From: an uncultured Planctomycetia bacterium
GTDB lineage: Bacteria; Omnitrophota; Gorgyraeia; 2-02-FULL-51-18
Direction: 5' to 3'
Length of the DNA stretch: 64,000 nucleotides
Assembly (NCBI GenBank): GCA_964642015.1
Contig: CAZXLF010000005.1
Coordinates: forward strand, 139,847-203,846
In this document: in pieces, positions 39,889 to 50,277 of the stretch
Position numbering within the stretch: position 1 is the first letter of the stretch
Layout: the number at the start of each line of letters is the position of its first letter
Notes under the pieces: generated by a model
Seen by the model: the letters and a program-made list of their open reading frames with translations, nothing else
What the model was told of the DNA's origin: nothing
The model's database searches: none
Position numbers and translations under genes: made by a program

Positions 39889-40473
39889 TCAGTTTTTTTT
39901 TGCCGTACGGCTTCCCGGTTTTGTTACAGGGAGATTACCTTCCCTGCAAATCGGGCACGCCTCAGGTCTATAAGACTTGATATTTATCTTCAACAAAGAA
40001 AAAGAATCTGTCTCAAATATCGCCGCTCCATCACTACGGTCCACGATCGATGCGACCGCAACAGGTTTAGCATCGTGCTGTTTGACGATATCGATCACTT
40101 CCTGCGTCGATTTGCCGGTCGTGATCACATCTTCGACAACCAGAACTTTTTCGTTCTTTCTCAAACTGAATCCGCGTCTCAGCATCAAAGTGCCATCGAC
40201 CCGCTCGGCAAAAATAGACCGCACTTTAAGTGCGCGTGCTACCTCATATGAAACAATAATGCCTCCAAGTGCCGGACCGATCACGACATCTACTTTAATC
40301 CCGGAAAGTTTTTTAGCAAGCACCTTGCAAAGCTTCTCGGCTACCCACGGTTTCTGCAATAAAAGCGCGCATTGCATATAATTAGGACTGTGAAGTCCGC
40401 TGGAAAGCAGAAAATGGCCGGAAAGCAGCGCATTCTCGGATTTAAAAATTTTCAGGATCTCTTTTTCATTCAT
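39889..40473 (-). CDS. pyrE: orotate phosphoribosyltransferase
   Basis: PRPP-binding motif KVLVVEDVITTGKST. Confidence 0.9.
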   Translation of the reverse strand: MNEKEILKIFKSENALLSGHFLLSSGLHSPNYMQCALLLQKPWVAEKLCKVLAKKLSGIKVDVVIGPALGGIIVSYEVARALKVRSIFAERVDGTLMLRRGFSLRKNEKVLVVEDVITTGKSTQEVIDIVKQHDAKPVAVASIVDRSDGAAIFETDSFSLLKINIKSYRPEACPICREGNLPVTKPGSRTAKKN

Positions 40474-40515
40474 GAGCTTTTGTCAATTCGAAAAAAGTTA
40501 TACGCGAATATTCTA

Positions 40516-42420
40516 TCACAATTCCCAGGCGGTTTTGTAGCCGCCGATCGATTCGGAATATTTGATGAAATCGGCGTAGAATTTTATCGAAGAAAGCGTC
40601 GCGCTGTCGCCGATCACGATCAGCTTGCGGCGCGCCCTTGTCATCGCGACATTCATACGCCTGGTGTCCGCCAAAAATCCCATTTCTCCTTCCATATTCG
40701 ATCGCACCAGAGAAACGATCACGAGTTCTTTTTCCCTGCCCTGAAAACCATCGACGCTGTCGATCTCGACATCGGGATGCGGTGACTGACTAGCTAAAAG
40801 CCGCACCTGCGCGCTATATGGACTGATCACGGCGATTTCTTTCGGATGCACGCCGATCTCGATCATTTTCCTAAGCTGATCCAGGACCATTTGCGCCTCT
40901 TCCGGATTGTATCGACTTTCGCTTCCTTCCTCAAGTTTCTCTTCAAATCCTTTTCCGGCCGTGTCAACAAAAAGGAACGGCTCAGTTGATTCTGTGCATT
41001 CCTTCACACCGGAAATCCCGGATAGCGTCTGCGACTTAACGGATTCATCCGCGATCAGAAGATTTTTGTAAAATTCCATCGATGAAAAACCCATGATCTT
41101 TTCATTCATGCGGTATTGGCGTTCGAGAAGCTGACGGTAATCTTCGGTCAAGATCTCATAAAATCTTTCGAATAGCGTGACTCCCAAGCCCTGAGCTTCT
41201 GCTTCACGCGAACGCACTGTCGGCGGTAATTGAAAATGATCTCCGGCCATGATAACTTTTTTGGCGCGTGTCATCGGGATCCATGTGAGAGGTTCGGTCG
41301 CTTGTGTCGCTTCATCAATGACCAAAATATCGAATATTTTTTCTCTGATGCTTTTATCTTGGATCCCAGTCGGAGTTCCGATGATCACTTCGGCTTCTTT
41401 CATCACACGGGTGAAGATTTCTTTTCTTAAACGCCGCACGTCATCCTTCAACTCCGCGATTTGATCTCCAATCTCCCGTTCAGCACCACGACCCGGACTC
41501 CGTCTATCGCGGTAACGTTCCTGTCTTTTAAAGAGCCTATCCAAATGTGACTGATGGTCCGCGATCTCCTGAGAAAGCGGATGAAGTGCTAGTTTGAAAT
41601 CCAGTGTATGTTCTCTAAGAGAAACCGCGATACGCGCCGGATGGCCCAATCTGATGACATTCACGCCTTTCTCGATCAAACGTTCAAGTACATTGTCGCA
41701 GGCCGTATTGCTCGGGGCCGTGACAAAAATGGAGTGTTTTCTTAAAATACTTTGACGGATGATCTCGATAAGAGCTGTTGTTTTTCCTGTGCCCGGAGGA
41801 CCATGGACCAAAGCGATATCTTTTACTATGAGCGACTTTCGGACCGCTTCTTTCTGAGACTTGTTCAGACTATCGTCATACCATGCAATGTCATCAACGG
41901 CGGAATGTGAGATCGCGGGAACTTTTTCTTTAAGAGAAATATCCCGAAAATCGGCCAGACGTGTATTTTCCGTTTCCAAAACAGCATCCAACGCCTCGAT
42001 CATCCTTTTATAAGTCACACGGTTGACCGATTTATGAAGCTGATAGGTGATCCCTTTTTCAAGCCAGTCCGGAAGCGCCTTATTGAACGCTACTGTTATC
42101 GTAGAAGAACTTTTTTCGTAAACAGTCCCTACAGGATAATCAACATCCTTCAGGCCTTCAGGAAAAAGACTGACAATATCCCCCACTTCCAATGAAAAAA
42201 GCGGAAGTGGTTTCTGATGCCGACGGCTAAAAGTGGCCAATTCATGTTCGGCGGGAGAAAAATGCCTTTCATTCAATTCAATATCGAGAAGCGCTTTTCC
42301 TCTTAGCTCCCGTTCTTTAGGAGAAAGCTGGAGAAACTCGTTGCGAATCTCCTCATTTTCCTCATTCTCTTCTAAAGCGACGAGCTTTTTTAGAAAAAGG
42401 AAATAACTTTTATCTGGCAA
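40516..42420 (-). CDS. SF1B Upf1-like helicase with IGHMBP2-type N-terminal domain
   Basis: HGPPGTGKTT Walker A, DEATQ motif II, AAA_11/AAA_12 layout; N-terminal about 200 aa collinear with eukaryotic IGHMBP2 upstream of the helicase core. Confidence 0.85.
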   Translation of the reverse strand: MPDKSYFLFLKKLVALEENEENEEIRNEFLQLSPKERELRGKALLDIELNERHFSPAEHELATFSRRHQKPLPLFSLEVGDIVSLFPEGLKDVDYPVGTVYEKSSSTITVAFNKALPDWLEKGITYQLHKSVNRVTYKRMIEALDAVLETENTRLADFRDISLKEKVPAISHSAVDDIAWYDDSLNKSQKEAVRKSLIVKDIALVHGPPGTGKTTALIEIIRQSILRKHSIFVTAPSNTACDNVLERLIEKGVNVIRLGHPARIAVSLREHTLDFKLALHPLSQEIADHQSHLDRLFKRQERYRDRRSPGRGAEREIGDQIAELKDDVRRLRKEIFTRVMKEAEVIIGTPTGIQDKSIREKIFDILVIDEATQATEPLTWIPMTRAKKVIMAGDHFQLPPTVRSREAEAQGLGVTLFERFYEILTEDYRQLLERQYRMNEKIMGFSSMEFYKNLLIADESVKSQTLSGISGVKECTESTEPFLFVDTAGKGFEEKLEEGSESRYNPEEAQMVLDQLRKMIEIGVHPKEIAVISPYSAQVRLLASQSPHPDVEIDSVDGFQGREKELVIVSLVRSNMEGEMGFLADTRRMNVAMTRARRKLIVIGDSATLSSIKFYADFIKYSESIGGYKTAWEL

Positions 42421-42423
42421 CTT

Positions 42424-42804
42424 TTAGGTTGGCTGAGTAGTCGACTCTTGGTTAGGCGTATGTTTCTTCTGGAAATGTCCGCTCGGCCTGTGAGAACGAT
42501 TGCCTTCATGAGGACGATTTCCTTCATAACGATTGCCCTGATTATCTCCGCCGTGACGCTGGCCAAAACCGCCGCGGTTATTGGGTCTGTAATTACCTCT
42601 GGCTCCTGAATAATTCCTGTTCCCGAACGGAGGACGTGAACCGCCTTGGCGGTTCCTTGATTGATCGAGAAGCATATCGATCTTTTTTTCAAGAAAATTC
42701 AAATGATCCATGATCTTCTTAAGCTGGACCGGGATCTGAGAATCATCATAATTTCCGTAATCGATGCCCGATGAATTACGTTTTTCTTTTTTGAAGAAGT
42801 TCAC
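42424..42804 (-). CDS. small Arg/Gly/Asn-rich (RGG-like) disordered protein, translationally coupled to the helicase
   Basis: 126 aa; short helical N-terminus then repeated RGG/GNR/NRG (GGSRPPFGNRNYSGARGNYRPNNRGGFGQRHGG...); GTG start with AGGAG RBS; 3-nt gap to the helicase ATG. Confidence 0.6.
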   Translation of the reverse strand: MNFFKKEKRNSSGIDYGNYDDSQIPVQLKKIMDHLNFLEKKIDMLLDQSRNRQGGSRPPFGNRNYSGARGNYRPNNRGGFGQRHGGDNQGNRYEGNRPHEGNRSHRPSGHFQKKHTPNQESTTQPT

Positions 42805-43022
42805 TTTTTTCTCCTGTTTAATGAACGCGAGCCTAAAACCATTCGCGTGATTTGATCTGACAAACGCCCCAAGCGTTTGTCGCCTGTTGGACGGAACAAT
42901 TAAATCTTCCGTCGATTATCCCAAGGGATGCCTTGGTTTAAATTAACTTTCTTGCTTTATTGCCTAACACCGGTTATCTGCGATGTGATCCACAAGATGG
43001 GCTGGTTCGACCAGCGGGATCA
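42805..43022 (-). promoter_or_regulatory. structured 218-nt leader/intergenic region upstream of the RGG-helicase pair
   Basis: At least four stable hairpins (42825-42848, 42859-42881, 42921-42936, 43001-43015) and a TATAAT overlapping the ACT-gene stop. Confidence 0.45.
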
Positions 43023-43442
43023 TTATACCGCTAAACTACCGGAATCCTTATTAATTATTTCAGCGGCTTTTTTGTTGTTGTCCGTCGCAAAAACTCCGAC
43101 GATCTTGAAACCGTCGCCGCTCGTGCCATAAACATATTCCACCGAAATGCCATTTGAACCCAAAAGTCTCGCAACGGGAGCTAGCGTACCGACCTTGTTC
43201 TCAAATTCCACAACCAGAATATCACGTTCGATCATCTTTGGAATCAAATGCTTAAGCGCTTCTTTGGCTTTTTTGTTGTCACGCGTGATGATCTGAAAAT
43301 AGCCTTTGTTCTTCACCGTATAAGCGGACAAATGAATGATAAAAACTCCTGCCATCTCAAGCGTCTTCGTGATCTGGCCAAGCGCGCCGGTTTCATTCTT
43401 TATTTCAAAATGCAATTCTTTAGATATCAACGCCCTTGCCAT
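43023..43442 (-). CDS. tandem ACT-domain protein
   Basis: 139 aa with two ACT-like beta-alpha-beta-beta-alpha-beta units. Confidence 0.65.
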   Translation of the reverse strand: MARALISKELHFEIKNETGALGQITKTLEMAGVFIIHLSAYTVKNKGYFQIITRDNKKAKEALKHLIPKMIERDILVVEFENKVGTLAPVARLLGSNGISVEYVYGTSGDGFKIVGVFATDNNKKAAEIINKDSGSLAV

Positions 43443-44149
43443 TATTCTATTTCCTTTAAAACTTTTTCAGCCGCTTCAAGCGGAGATGGATTTTGTGTGA
43501 TCGGACGCCCGACAACGATAAAATTTGCACCCTGTTCAATGGCTTCCTTCGGTGTCATGACTCTTTTCTGATCGCCATGCGCAGCCCATATCGGCCGGAC
43601 TCCGGGAGTTACTATCAAAAACTCTTTGCCTATTTTTCTGCGGATCGGTTTAATCTCCTGCGCAGAAGCCACAACACCGTCCAAACCACATTCTTTTGCG
43701 AGTGCCGCTAAATGTACCACTTCCCTTTCTAGTTTTTTAATAACCCCGACTTCCTTCAAATCATTTTCCTTCATGCTGGTCAAAACCGTGACGCCAAGGA
43801 TCTTCGGCGGTGCTATCCCTGTTTCCTGAGCTGTCTTGTGTATGGATTGAACCGCTTGGAACATCATCTGTTTTCCGCCCAATGCGTGAACATTCAGCAT
43901 AAAAACTTTATGCCTCACAGCCGCTTCGCAGGCGGAACCGACCGTATTCGGGATATCATGAAATTTAAGATCAAGGAATACTTTACATTTATGGGAATGA
44001 ACCATCTGAATAGCCGAAGGACCAGAAGAAGTAAAAAGCTCTTTCCCTATCTTGAATACGGATACCAAAGGCGAAAGAAGTTTCACCAATTTCTCCGCCT
44101 CGTTGATACTCGACACATCAAGCGCTACGATCAGCTTGTCATTCTTCAT
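43442..44149 (-). CDS. pyrF: orotidine 5'-phosphate decarboxylase
   Basis: LIVALD N-terminal motif and the catalytic Asp/Lys-containing DLKFHDIPNTV motif. Confidence 0.9.
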   Translation of the reverse strand: MKNDKLIVALDVSSINEAEKLVKLLSPLVSVFKIGKELFTSSGPSAIQMVHSHKCKVFLDLKFHDIPNTVGSACEAAVRHKVFMLNVHALGGKQMMFQAVQSIHKTAQETGIAPPKILGVTVLTSMKENDLKEVGVIKKLEREVVHLAALAKECGLDGVVASAQEIKPIRRKIGKEFLIVTPGVRPIWAAHGDQKRVMTPKEAIEQGANFIVVGRPITQNPSPLEAAEKVLKEIE

Positions 44150-44150
44150 T

Positions 44151-45089
44151 TTAATCTTTTATGGAACCGATGATCTCTTTTAAACTTTTGATCTTCTCTT
44201 TACGCATAAAAGCCGTAAGGTCATTCAATATCTCAAGGGAGGCCTGGGGATTCATAAAGTTCGCCGTTCCGACCTGAATGGCGGAAGCGCCGGCGATTAA
44301 AAATTCAAGCACATCATCAGCATTCATGATACCACCAATTCCCAAAATAGGTATTTTTACTTTTTTATGCACTTCCCACGTCATTCTCACCGCAATCGGC
44401 CGTATGCAAGGCCCAGAAAGTCCGCCGGTCTTGTTCGCCAGCACGGGTTTTCTTGTTTTAATATCGATCGCCATCGCGACAAAAGTATTGATCAAAGAAA
44501 CCGCATCAGCGCCTGCCTTTTCAGCCGCCAATGCCATCTTCGCGATATCGGAAACATCAGGCCCGAGTTTTGCAATCAAGGTTTTTTGCGTTTCCTGCCG
44601 CACCGCTTTCACGACGTCCTCGATCATGGACGCATCGTGCGCGAACATACGGACTGTTTCTTCTGCTTCCTTTATTTTTCCATAAGAAACGTTTGGACAC
44701 GAAAGATTCAATTCAAAACCGTCGATCGGCTCTTTATCCAATACTCTCACGACATTCACAAATTCTTCGACGCTATATCCCATCACGCTAACAATGATAG
44801 GGATTTTCAGTGATCTTAAAAACGGAAGTTTATCCTGAATAAACTTTTCGGCTCCCGGATTTTGAAGACCGATCGCGTTCAGCATGCCTGAAGGAGTTTC
44901 GACAATGCGCTGCGGAGGATTGCCAAGACGCGGTTTAAGTGTGATCGTTTTAGTGACGATGCCGCCGAGTTTTTTGAGATGAATGAACTTTTCGAATTCT
45001 TTCGCATGCCCGAATGTGCCCGAGGCCACGAGTACGGGATTTTTCAACTTAATCTTACCTATCTGAGTTTCTAAATTTATCAATCCCAT
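44151..45089 (-). CDS. pyrD: dihydroorotate dehydrogenase catalytic subunit (class 1B)
   Basis: TIM-barrel DHODH motifs (NLSCPN, GGI...). Confidence 0.9.
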   Translation of the reverse strand: MGLINLETQIGKIKLKNPVLVASGTFGHAKEFEKFIHLKKLGGIVTKTITLKPRLGNPPQRIVETPSGMLNAIGLQNPGAEKFIQDKLPFLRSLKIPIIVSVMGYSVEEFVNVVRVLDKEPIDGFELNLSCPNVSYGKIKEAEETVRMFAHDASMIEDVVKAVRQETQKTLIAKLGPDVSDIAKMALAAEKAGADAVSLINTFVAMAIDIKTRKPVLANKTGGLSGPCIRPIAVRMTWEVHKKVKIPILGIGGIMNADDVLEFLIAGASAIQVGTANFMNPQASLEILNDLTAFMRKEKIKSLKEIIGSIKD

Positions 45090-45928
45090 AAAATATCCTT
45101 CGCCTGAAACACAGGCCCTTCACAGCAAGCGATTGCGAAACGATGTTCATTTTTATCGTTACCGGCAACCTTGATTGCGCATCCCAAACAAGCACCAAAA
45201 CCGCACGCCATCGGTACCTCAACAGATACTTCACAAGGAACTTCATATTTTTCAGAAATAATCGACACCGCTTTCAGCATGGGCGTGGGACCGCAAGTGA
45301 AAATACCGAAATTCAGAGAACCATCATTCCGTAAAAGGTCCTCCAATAATTCAGTTACAAAACCTTTTCTGCCTTTTGACCCGTCATCTGTAGCAACTTT
45401 TAAATTGATACCTAACCTTTTGAAATCCTTTTCACACAAAAGCAGCGATTTATGACGCGCGCCTAAAAATACATGGATGTTTTCTTTTAGAAAAATTTTC
45501 AATCTCAAAAAATCCTGCACCAAATGATAAAGAGGTGGGATTCCGACTCCGCCGCCGATTAGAACAGCAACCGACGAATTTGTCTTTTGCTTTTCCTGTC
45601 TTCTGTCTACTGTCTTCTGTCTACTGTCTTTTATCGTGAATCCATTCCCCAGTGGACCGACGATCCAGAGCGCATCTCCCGCCGCAATTTGAGATAAAAT
45701 CTTTGTTCCTTTGCCAACCACCTGATAAAGAATGGAAAAATCTTTTTTTGAAACGGTCAGGAAACTAAAAGGGCGCGGCAAAAGAGGATCGAAAGAATCC
45801 GCGCACAAGATCTGCACAAATTGCCCGGCTTTTGCGTTCTTCGGGATCTTGACCGACGCCAATTTTAAAACATAATGTCCCGGCGCAATTTTCTTATTTT
45901 CGAGGATCGTACACTTTTCTCTGTACAC
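45080..45928 (-). CDS. pyrK: dihydroorotate dehydrogenase electron-transfer subunit, carrying an in-frame tandem-repeat insertion
   Basis: FAD/NAD-binding (GGGVGIPP) and C-terminal Cys cluster (CGFGACLGC); 7-nt tgtctNc repeats at 45592-45635 encode DSRQKTVDRRQ. Confidence 0.85.
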   Translation of the reverse strand: MYREKCTILENKKIAPGHYVLKLASVKIPKNAKAGQFVQILCADSFDPLLPRPFSFLTVSKKDFSILYQVVGKGTKILSQIAAGDALWIVGPLGNGFTIKDSRQKTVDRRQEKQKTNSSVAVLIGGGVGIPPLYHLVQDFLRLKIFLKENIHVFLGARHKSLLLCEKDFKRLGINLKVATDDGSKGRKGFVTELLEDLLRNDGSLNFGIFTCGPTPMLKAVSIISEKYEVPCEVSVEVPMACGFGACLGCAIKVAGNDKNEHRFAIACCEGPVFQAKDILWD

Positions 45929-45954
45929 ACATCACCTATTCGCGTAAAGACCGG

Positions 45955-48900
45955 TTACACACCGACCGCTAAAAGAGGTTCTTTCAATTTTTTGTGATGT
46001 TCCTGGAGAGACATGACTGAAAGTTCTTTTTTCTTCATCGCCTGAATTCCCTGCACTGATGCATAAGCACCCTCGATCGTGGTAATGCATGAAACGCCGC
46101 GCGATACCGCAAGCGATCGTATCACGACTTCGTCTTTTCTCGGTTTTCCGCTGCTCGGTGTGTTGATCACTAAATCCAGCTTTTGCGCCTGGATCAGGTC
46201 CGTCACATTAGGGCTGCCTTCACTGATCTTTTTCAAAGGCCTGACATCGATGCCAGCCTCTTTCAGGACTTTGGCCGTGCCTTCTGTAGCAACTAATTTA
46301 AAATCCATCTTAAAAAGCGCTTTACCGATATCCGCGATCGCGGGTTTATCTTTGTCTTTAACACTCAGAAAAATGGTCCCTTTAAGCGGCAGCGGTGAAT
46401 TTGCGGCAATTTGTGATTTCGCGAACGCCTTGTCAAAAGTATCATCAATGCCCATTACTTCGCCGGTGGATTTCATTTCGGGCCCCAATACAATATCGAC
46501 TCCGCGGAATTTCACGAACGGCAATACTACTTCTTTGACCGACATATAGGAGGGCATCACTTCTTTGGTAAACCCAAGCTGTTTTAATTTCTGCCCGGCC
46601 ATCACTTGCGCCGCAAGCTTCGCAAGAGGAACGCCGATCGCCTTTGATACAAAAGGAACTGTGCGTGAAGCGCGAGGATTCACCTCCAGCACATAGACAA
46701 TGTCATTTTTCACCGCGAACTGCACGTTCATCAGTCCCACCACATCCAATTCCTTGGCCATCGCCACTGATTGATATTTGATCTCTTTGATCACCGAGGC
46801 CTTTAAAGAATAAGGCGGTAAACAGCAGGCGCTGTCTCCCGAATGAATACCGGCTTGCTCGATGTGTTCCATGACACCGCCGACAACATAGGTCTCGCCA
46901 TCCGCCAGAATATCCACATCAACCTCCTTGGCGCCTTCTAAAAACTGATCCACAAGGATCGGCCGGTCACTGGAAACGTCCACAGCTTTGGACATATAAT
47001 TTTTAAGCCCTTCCTCATCATAAACGATCTCCATCGCGCGGCCGCCCAACACATACGAAGGGCGCACGAGTACAGGATAACCGATACGCGATGCCTCTTT
47101 TCTTGCTTCCTCAAAATTCGTGGCGGTACCGTTTTTGGGCTGTTTGAATCCTAATTTGTCCAAAAGTTCCTTGAATTTTTTACGGTCTTCCGCGCGATCA
47201 ATCGCGTCGGGACTTGTACCAATGATCGGAACCCCTGCTTTTTTCAGCGACAACGCGAGATTTAGCGGCGTTTGGCCTCCGAATTGGACGATCACTCCTT
47301 CAGGTTTTTCCTTTTCGACAATGTTCAACACATCCTCAAGTGTCACCGGTTCAAAATACAGCCGGTCAGAAGTATCATAATCGGTAGAAACCGTTTCGGG
47401 ATTGCAATTGACCATGATCGTCTGAAAACCGATTTCCTTAAGCGCGAAAGAAGCGTGGCAGCAACAATAATCGAATTCAATGCCTTGACCGATGCGGTTC
47501 GGGCCACCACCGAGAATCATGATCTTTCGTTTATTATTGGTTTTAACTTCATCTTCGCTTTCATAGGTCGAATAATAATAAGGCGTGAACGCCTCAAACT
47601 CGGCCGCGCAAGTATCAACAAGTTTGTACGTGGGAATAATGTCTAATTTTTTGCGCAATTCGCGCAATTTTATTTCCGTTGTCGAAAAAATCTCCGCCAA
47701 TTGAATATCCGAAAAACCAAGCTCCTTTGCTTGCCGCAAAATTTCTTTAGAAGGTTCTTTCTTTGCGCGAGCGATCTTTTTCAATCCCTTCTCGAAACTC
47801 ACGATCTCGTAAAGGTTTTCCAAAAACCACGGATCGATCTCCGTCAGTTGATGAAGCTTTTTCAAACTCATACCTTCTTCGATCGCACGTTTAATGTAAT
47901 AAAAACGTTCCGCGTTCGGAGTTTTAAGATTTTTAGCCAAATCTCCCGTAGCTTTCTTTGATTCAAAACCAGCCACTTTGATCTCGAGTCCACGAAGACC
48001 TTTTTGAAACGCTTCTTTGAAAGTACGGCCGATCGCCATGACTTCACCCACCGATTTCATTTGCGTCGTCAGCGTTGTATCGGCTCCGGGAAATTTTTCG
48101 AACGCGAATCTTGGGATCTTCACTACACAATAATCGATCGTCGGTTCAAAACTGGCCGGAGTCTTTTTGGTAATATCATTCGCTATTTCATCCAGCGTAT
48201 ATCCGACGGCTAATTTCGCTGCGATCTTCGCGATCGGAAAACCGGTGGCCTTGGATGCCAACGCTGAAGAACGCGATACTCGCGGATTCATCTCGATCAC
48301 GACCATACGGCCGTTCTTTGGATCCAGTGCAAATTGAATATTGGAGCCGCCCGTCTCAACACCGATCTCGCGAATGCACGCGATCGCTGCGTCACGCATT
48401 TTTTGATATTCCTGGTCCGTCAGTGTCTGTGCCGGTGCTACCGTGATCGAATCGCCAGTATGTACTCCCATCGGATCAAAATTTTCGATCGAGCAGATGA
48501 TCACAACGTTATCTCTTCTGTCACGCATCACTTCAAGCTCAAACTCTTTCCAACCAACGATCGATTCCTCGATCAGTATCTCCTGCGTCATCGACAACTG
48601 CAGTCCATAAGAAGCGATGCGCTTGAATTCTTCGAGCGTCGTCGCAATGCCACCGCCGGTGCCACCCAGCGTAAAACTGGGACGAATAACTACAGGAAGC
48701 TTTATTTTCTTGAGGACTTTCAACGCTTCCGGCATGGAGTGCGCAAGACCCGATTTTGGAAGATCGAGGCCTATTTTCTGCATCGCTTTTTTGAAAAGTT
48801 CGCGGTTTTCGGCTTTTTTGATCGATTTTAAATCCACACCGATCATTTGTACGCCGTATTTTTTGAAAATTCCGGCTTCCGCGGCTTTGACGGCCGTATT

Positions 48901-49188
48901 AAGGCCCGTTTGACCGCCCAAAGTCGGCAGCACCGCGTCAGGCTTTTCAACCTTTATGATCTTTTCTAAAAATTCGACGGTGATCGGCTCGATATAGGTG
49001 CTGTCAGCTGTCATCGGATCAGTCATGATCGTTGCGGGATTGGAATTGATCAGTACGACCTCATAACCGTCTTCACGTAGCGCCTTGCAGGCCTGCGTAC
49101 CGGAATAATCGAATTCGCAAGCCTGACCGATCACGATCGGACCTGAACCGATAATAAGTATTTTTTTGATGTCTGTGCGTTTAGGCAT
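45955..49188 (-). CDS. carB: carbamoyl-phosphate synthase large subunit
   Basis: 1077 aa with duplicated ATP-grasp halves and C-terminal MGS-like domain. Confidence 0.95.
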   Translation of the reverse strand: MPKRTDIKKILIIGSGPIVIGQACEFDYSGTQACKALREDGYEVVLINSNPATIMTDPMTADSTYIEPITVEFLEKIIKVEKPDAVLPTLGGQTGLNTAVKAAEAGIFKKYGVQMIGVDLKSIKKAENRELFKKAMQKIGLDLPKSGLAHSMPEALKVLKKIKLPVVIRPSFTLGGTGGGIATTLEEFKRIASYGLQLSMTQEILIEESIVGWKEFELEVMRDRRDNVVIICSIENFDPMGVHTGDSITVAPAQTLTDQEYQKMRDAAIACIREIGVETGGSNIQFALDPKNGRMVVIEMNPRVSRSSALASKATGFPIAKIAAKLAVGYTLDEIANDITKKTPASFEPTIDYCVVKIPRFAFEKFPGADTTLTTQMKSVGEVMAIGRTFKEAFQKGLRGLEIKVAGFESKKATGDLAKNLKTPNAERFYYIKRAIEEGMSLKKLHQLTEIDPWFLENLYEIVSFEKGLKKIARAKKEPSKEILRQAKELGFSDIQLAEIFSTTEIKLRELRKKLDIIPTYKLVDTCAAEFEAFTPYYYSTYESEDEVKTNNKRKIMILGGGPNRIGQGIEFDYCCCHASFALKEIGFQTIMVNCNPETVSTDYDTSDRLYFEPVTLEDVLNIVEKEKPEGVIVQFGGQTPLNLALSLKKAGVPIIGTSPDAIDRAEDRKKFKELLDKLGFKQPKNGTATNFEEARKEASRIGYPVLVRPSYVLGGRAMEIVYDEEGLKNYMSKAVDVSSDRPILVDQFLEGAKEVDVDILADGETYVVGGVMEHIEQAGIHSGDSACCLPPYSLKASVIKEIKYQSVAMAKELDVVGLMNVQFAVKNDIVYVLEVNPRASRTVPFVSKAIGVPLAKLAAQVMAGQKLKQLGFTKEVMPSYMSVKEVVLPFVKFRGVDIVLGPEMKSTGEVMGIDDTFDKAFAKSQIAANSPLPLKGTIFLSVKDKDKPAIADIGKALFKMDFKLVATEGTAKVLKEAGIDVRPLKKISEGSPNVTDLIQAQKLDLVINTPSSGKPRKDEVVIRSLAVSRGVSCITTIEGAYASVQGIQAMKKKELSVMSLQEHHKKLKEPLLAVGV

Positions 49189-50277
49189 TTACTTTTTGAA
49201 TTTTCCCATCATTCCGATGAACTTATCAAAGTGATGCCACGCATCGTGCGGGCCGGGTGCAGCTTCCGGATGATATTGCACCGAAAAGATCGGAAGTTTT
49301 TTATGTTCCATACCTTCGCACGTTCTGTCATTCAAATTGATGTGCGTTAGTTCGACGTTCTTATCTGGGATCGAATCCACATCGACTGCGAAACCGTGAT
49401 TCTGAGCCGTGATCTCGACACTTTTTGTTCGGAGATCGATCACGGGCTGATTTCCGCCATGATGACCGAATTTCAACTTGAAAGTTTTTCCTCCGAACGC
49501 CTGTCCTAATATCTGATGTCCAAGACAGATCCCGAAGATCGGCATCTCGCCCAATAATCCTTTGACCGTATTCACAATATAAGGGAGCGCTTCGGGATCA
49601 CCGGGACCGTTAGATAAAAACAGTCCATGAGGTTTGAACGCTTTGATGTCATCTTTAGTTGCCGTCGCCGGAACAACACGCACGCGGCAATTTCTTTTTT
49701 CCAAGTTCCTTAAAATATTATGTTTGATACCGGAATCGATCGCGACGACGCGGAATTTGCCTTTCGTATTCCAGTCATAGACCTTTTTGCACATGACTTC
49801 TTTGATGAGATCGCGGCCAACGAGGCCCTGAGAATTAAGTGCCTTTTTGACGAGACTCTTAGGATCAAGGTCGTTTGTCGAGATAACGCCTTTTTTGGCG
49901 CCTTCTTCCCTGAGATGTTTCGTCAACGCGCGCGTGTCGATACCTTCGATACCGACAATGTGATTTCTTTTAAGGTAAGAACCAAGGTCTTCTGTCGCGC
50001 GCCAATTCGAATAGATCTTGCTGACTTCTTTGACAATAAAGCCTTCTACAAAAGGGCGCGTAGATTCGACGTCTTGGCGGTTGACGCCGTAGTTTCCTAT
50101 TAAAGGATAGGTCATGCAGACCATCTGGCCTTTATAGGAAGGGTCTGTGAGAATTTCCTGATAGCCCATCATGCTGGTATTGAAAACTACTTCGCCGTAG
50201 GCTTCGCCGACGGCACCGAAAGAATAACCTCTGAATATCAGACCATCTTCAAGAGCAAGTATCGCTTCTTTCTTCAT
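49189..50277 (-). CDS. carA: carbamoyl-phosphate synthase small (glutaminase) subunit
   Basis: Class I GATase with catalytic Cys (GICLGHQ). Confidence 0.93.
   Translation of the reverse strand: MKKEAILALEDGLIFRGYSFGAVGEAYGEVVFNTSMMGYQEILTDPSYKGQMVCMTYPLIGNYGVNRQDVESTRPFVEGFIVKEVSKIYSNWRATEDLGSYLKRNHIVGIEGIDTRALTKHLREEGAKKGVISTNDLDPKSLVKKALNSQGLVGRDLIKEVMCKKVYDWNTKGKFRVVAIDSGIKHNILRNLEKRNCRVRVVPATATKDDIKAFKPHGLFLSNGPGDPEALPYIVNTVKGLLGEMPIFGICLGHQILGQAFGGKTFKLKFGHHGGNQPVIDLRTKSVEITAQNHGFAVDVDSIPDKNVELTHINLNDRTCEGMEHKKLPIFSVQYHPEAAPGPHDAWHHFDKFIGMMGKFKK

Noticed and set aside
40474-40515. Terminator between the helicase and pyrE
   Set aside because: The GGCGG-CTACAAAA-CCGCC hairpin lacks a U-tract and is followed by a TGnTAGAAT-like extended -10, so it is more consistent with read-through or an internal promoter than with termination.
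42984-42994. CRP/FNR-like TGTGA-N6-TCACA site in the helicase-unit leader
   Set aside because: The sequence TGTGATCCACA is only a 4-bp inverted repeat with a 3-nt spacer, not a true CRP-type palindrome.
45590-45640. CRISPR-like repeat
   Set aside because: The repeats are 7-nt units inside the pyrK reading frame, far too short and with no spacers; no cas genes are present in the window.
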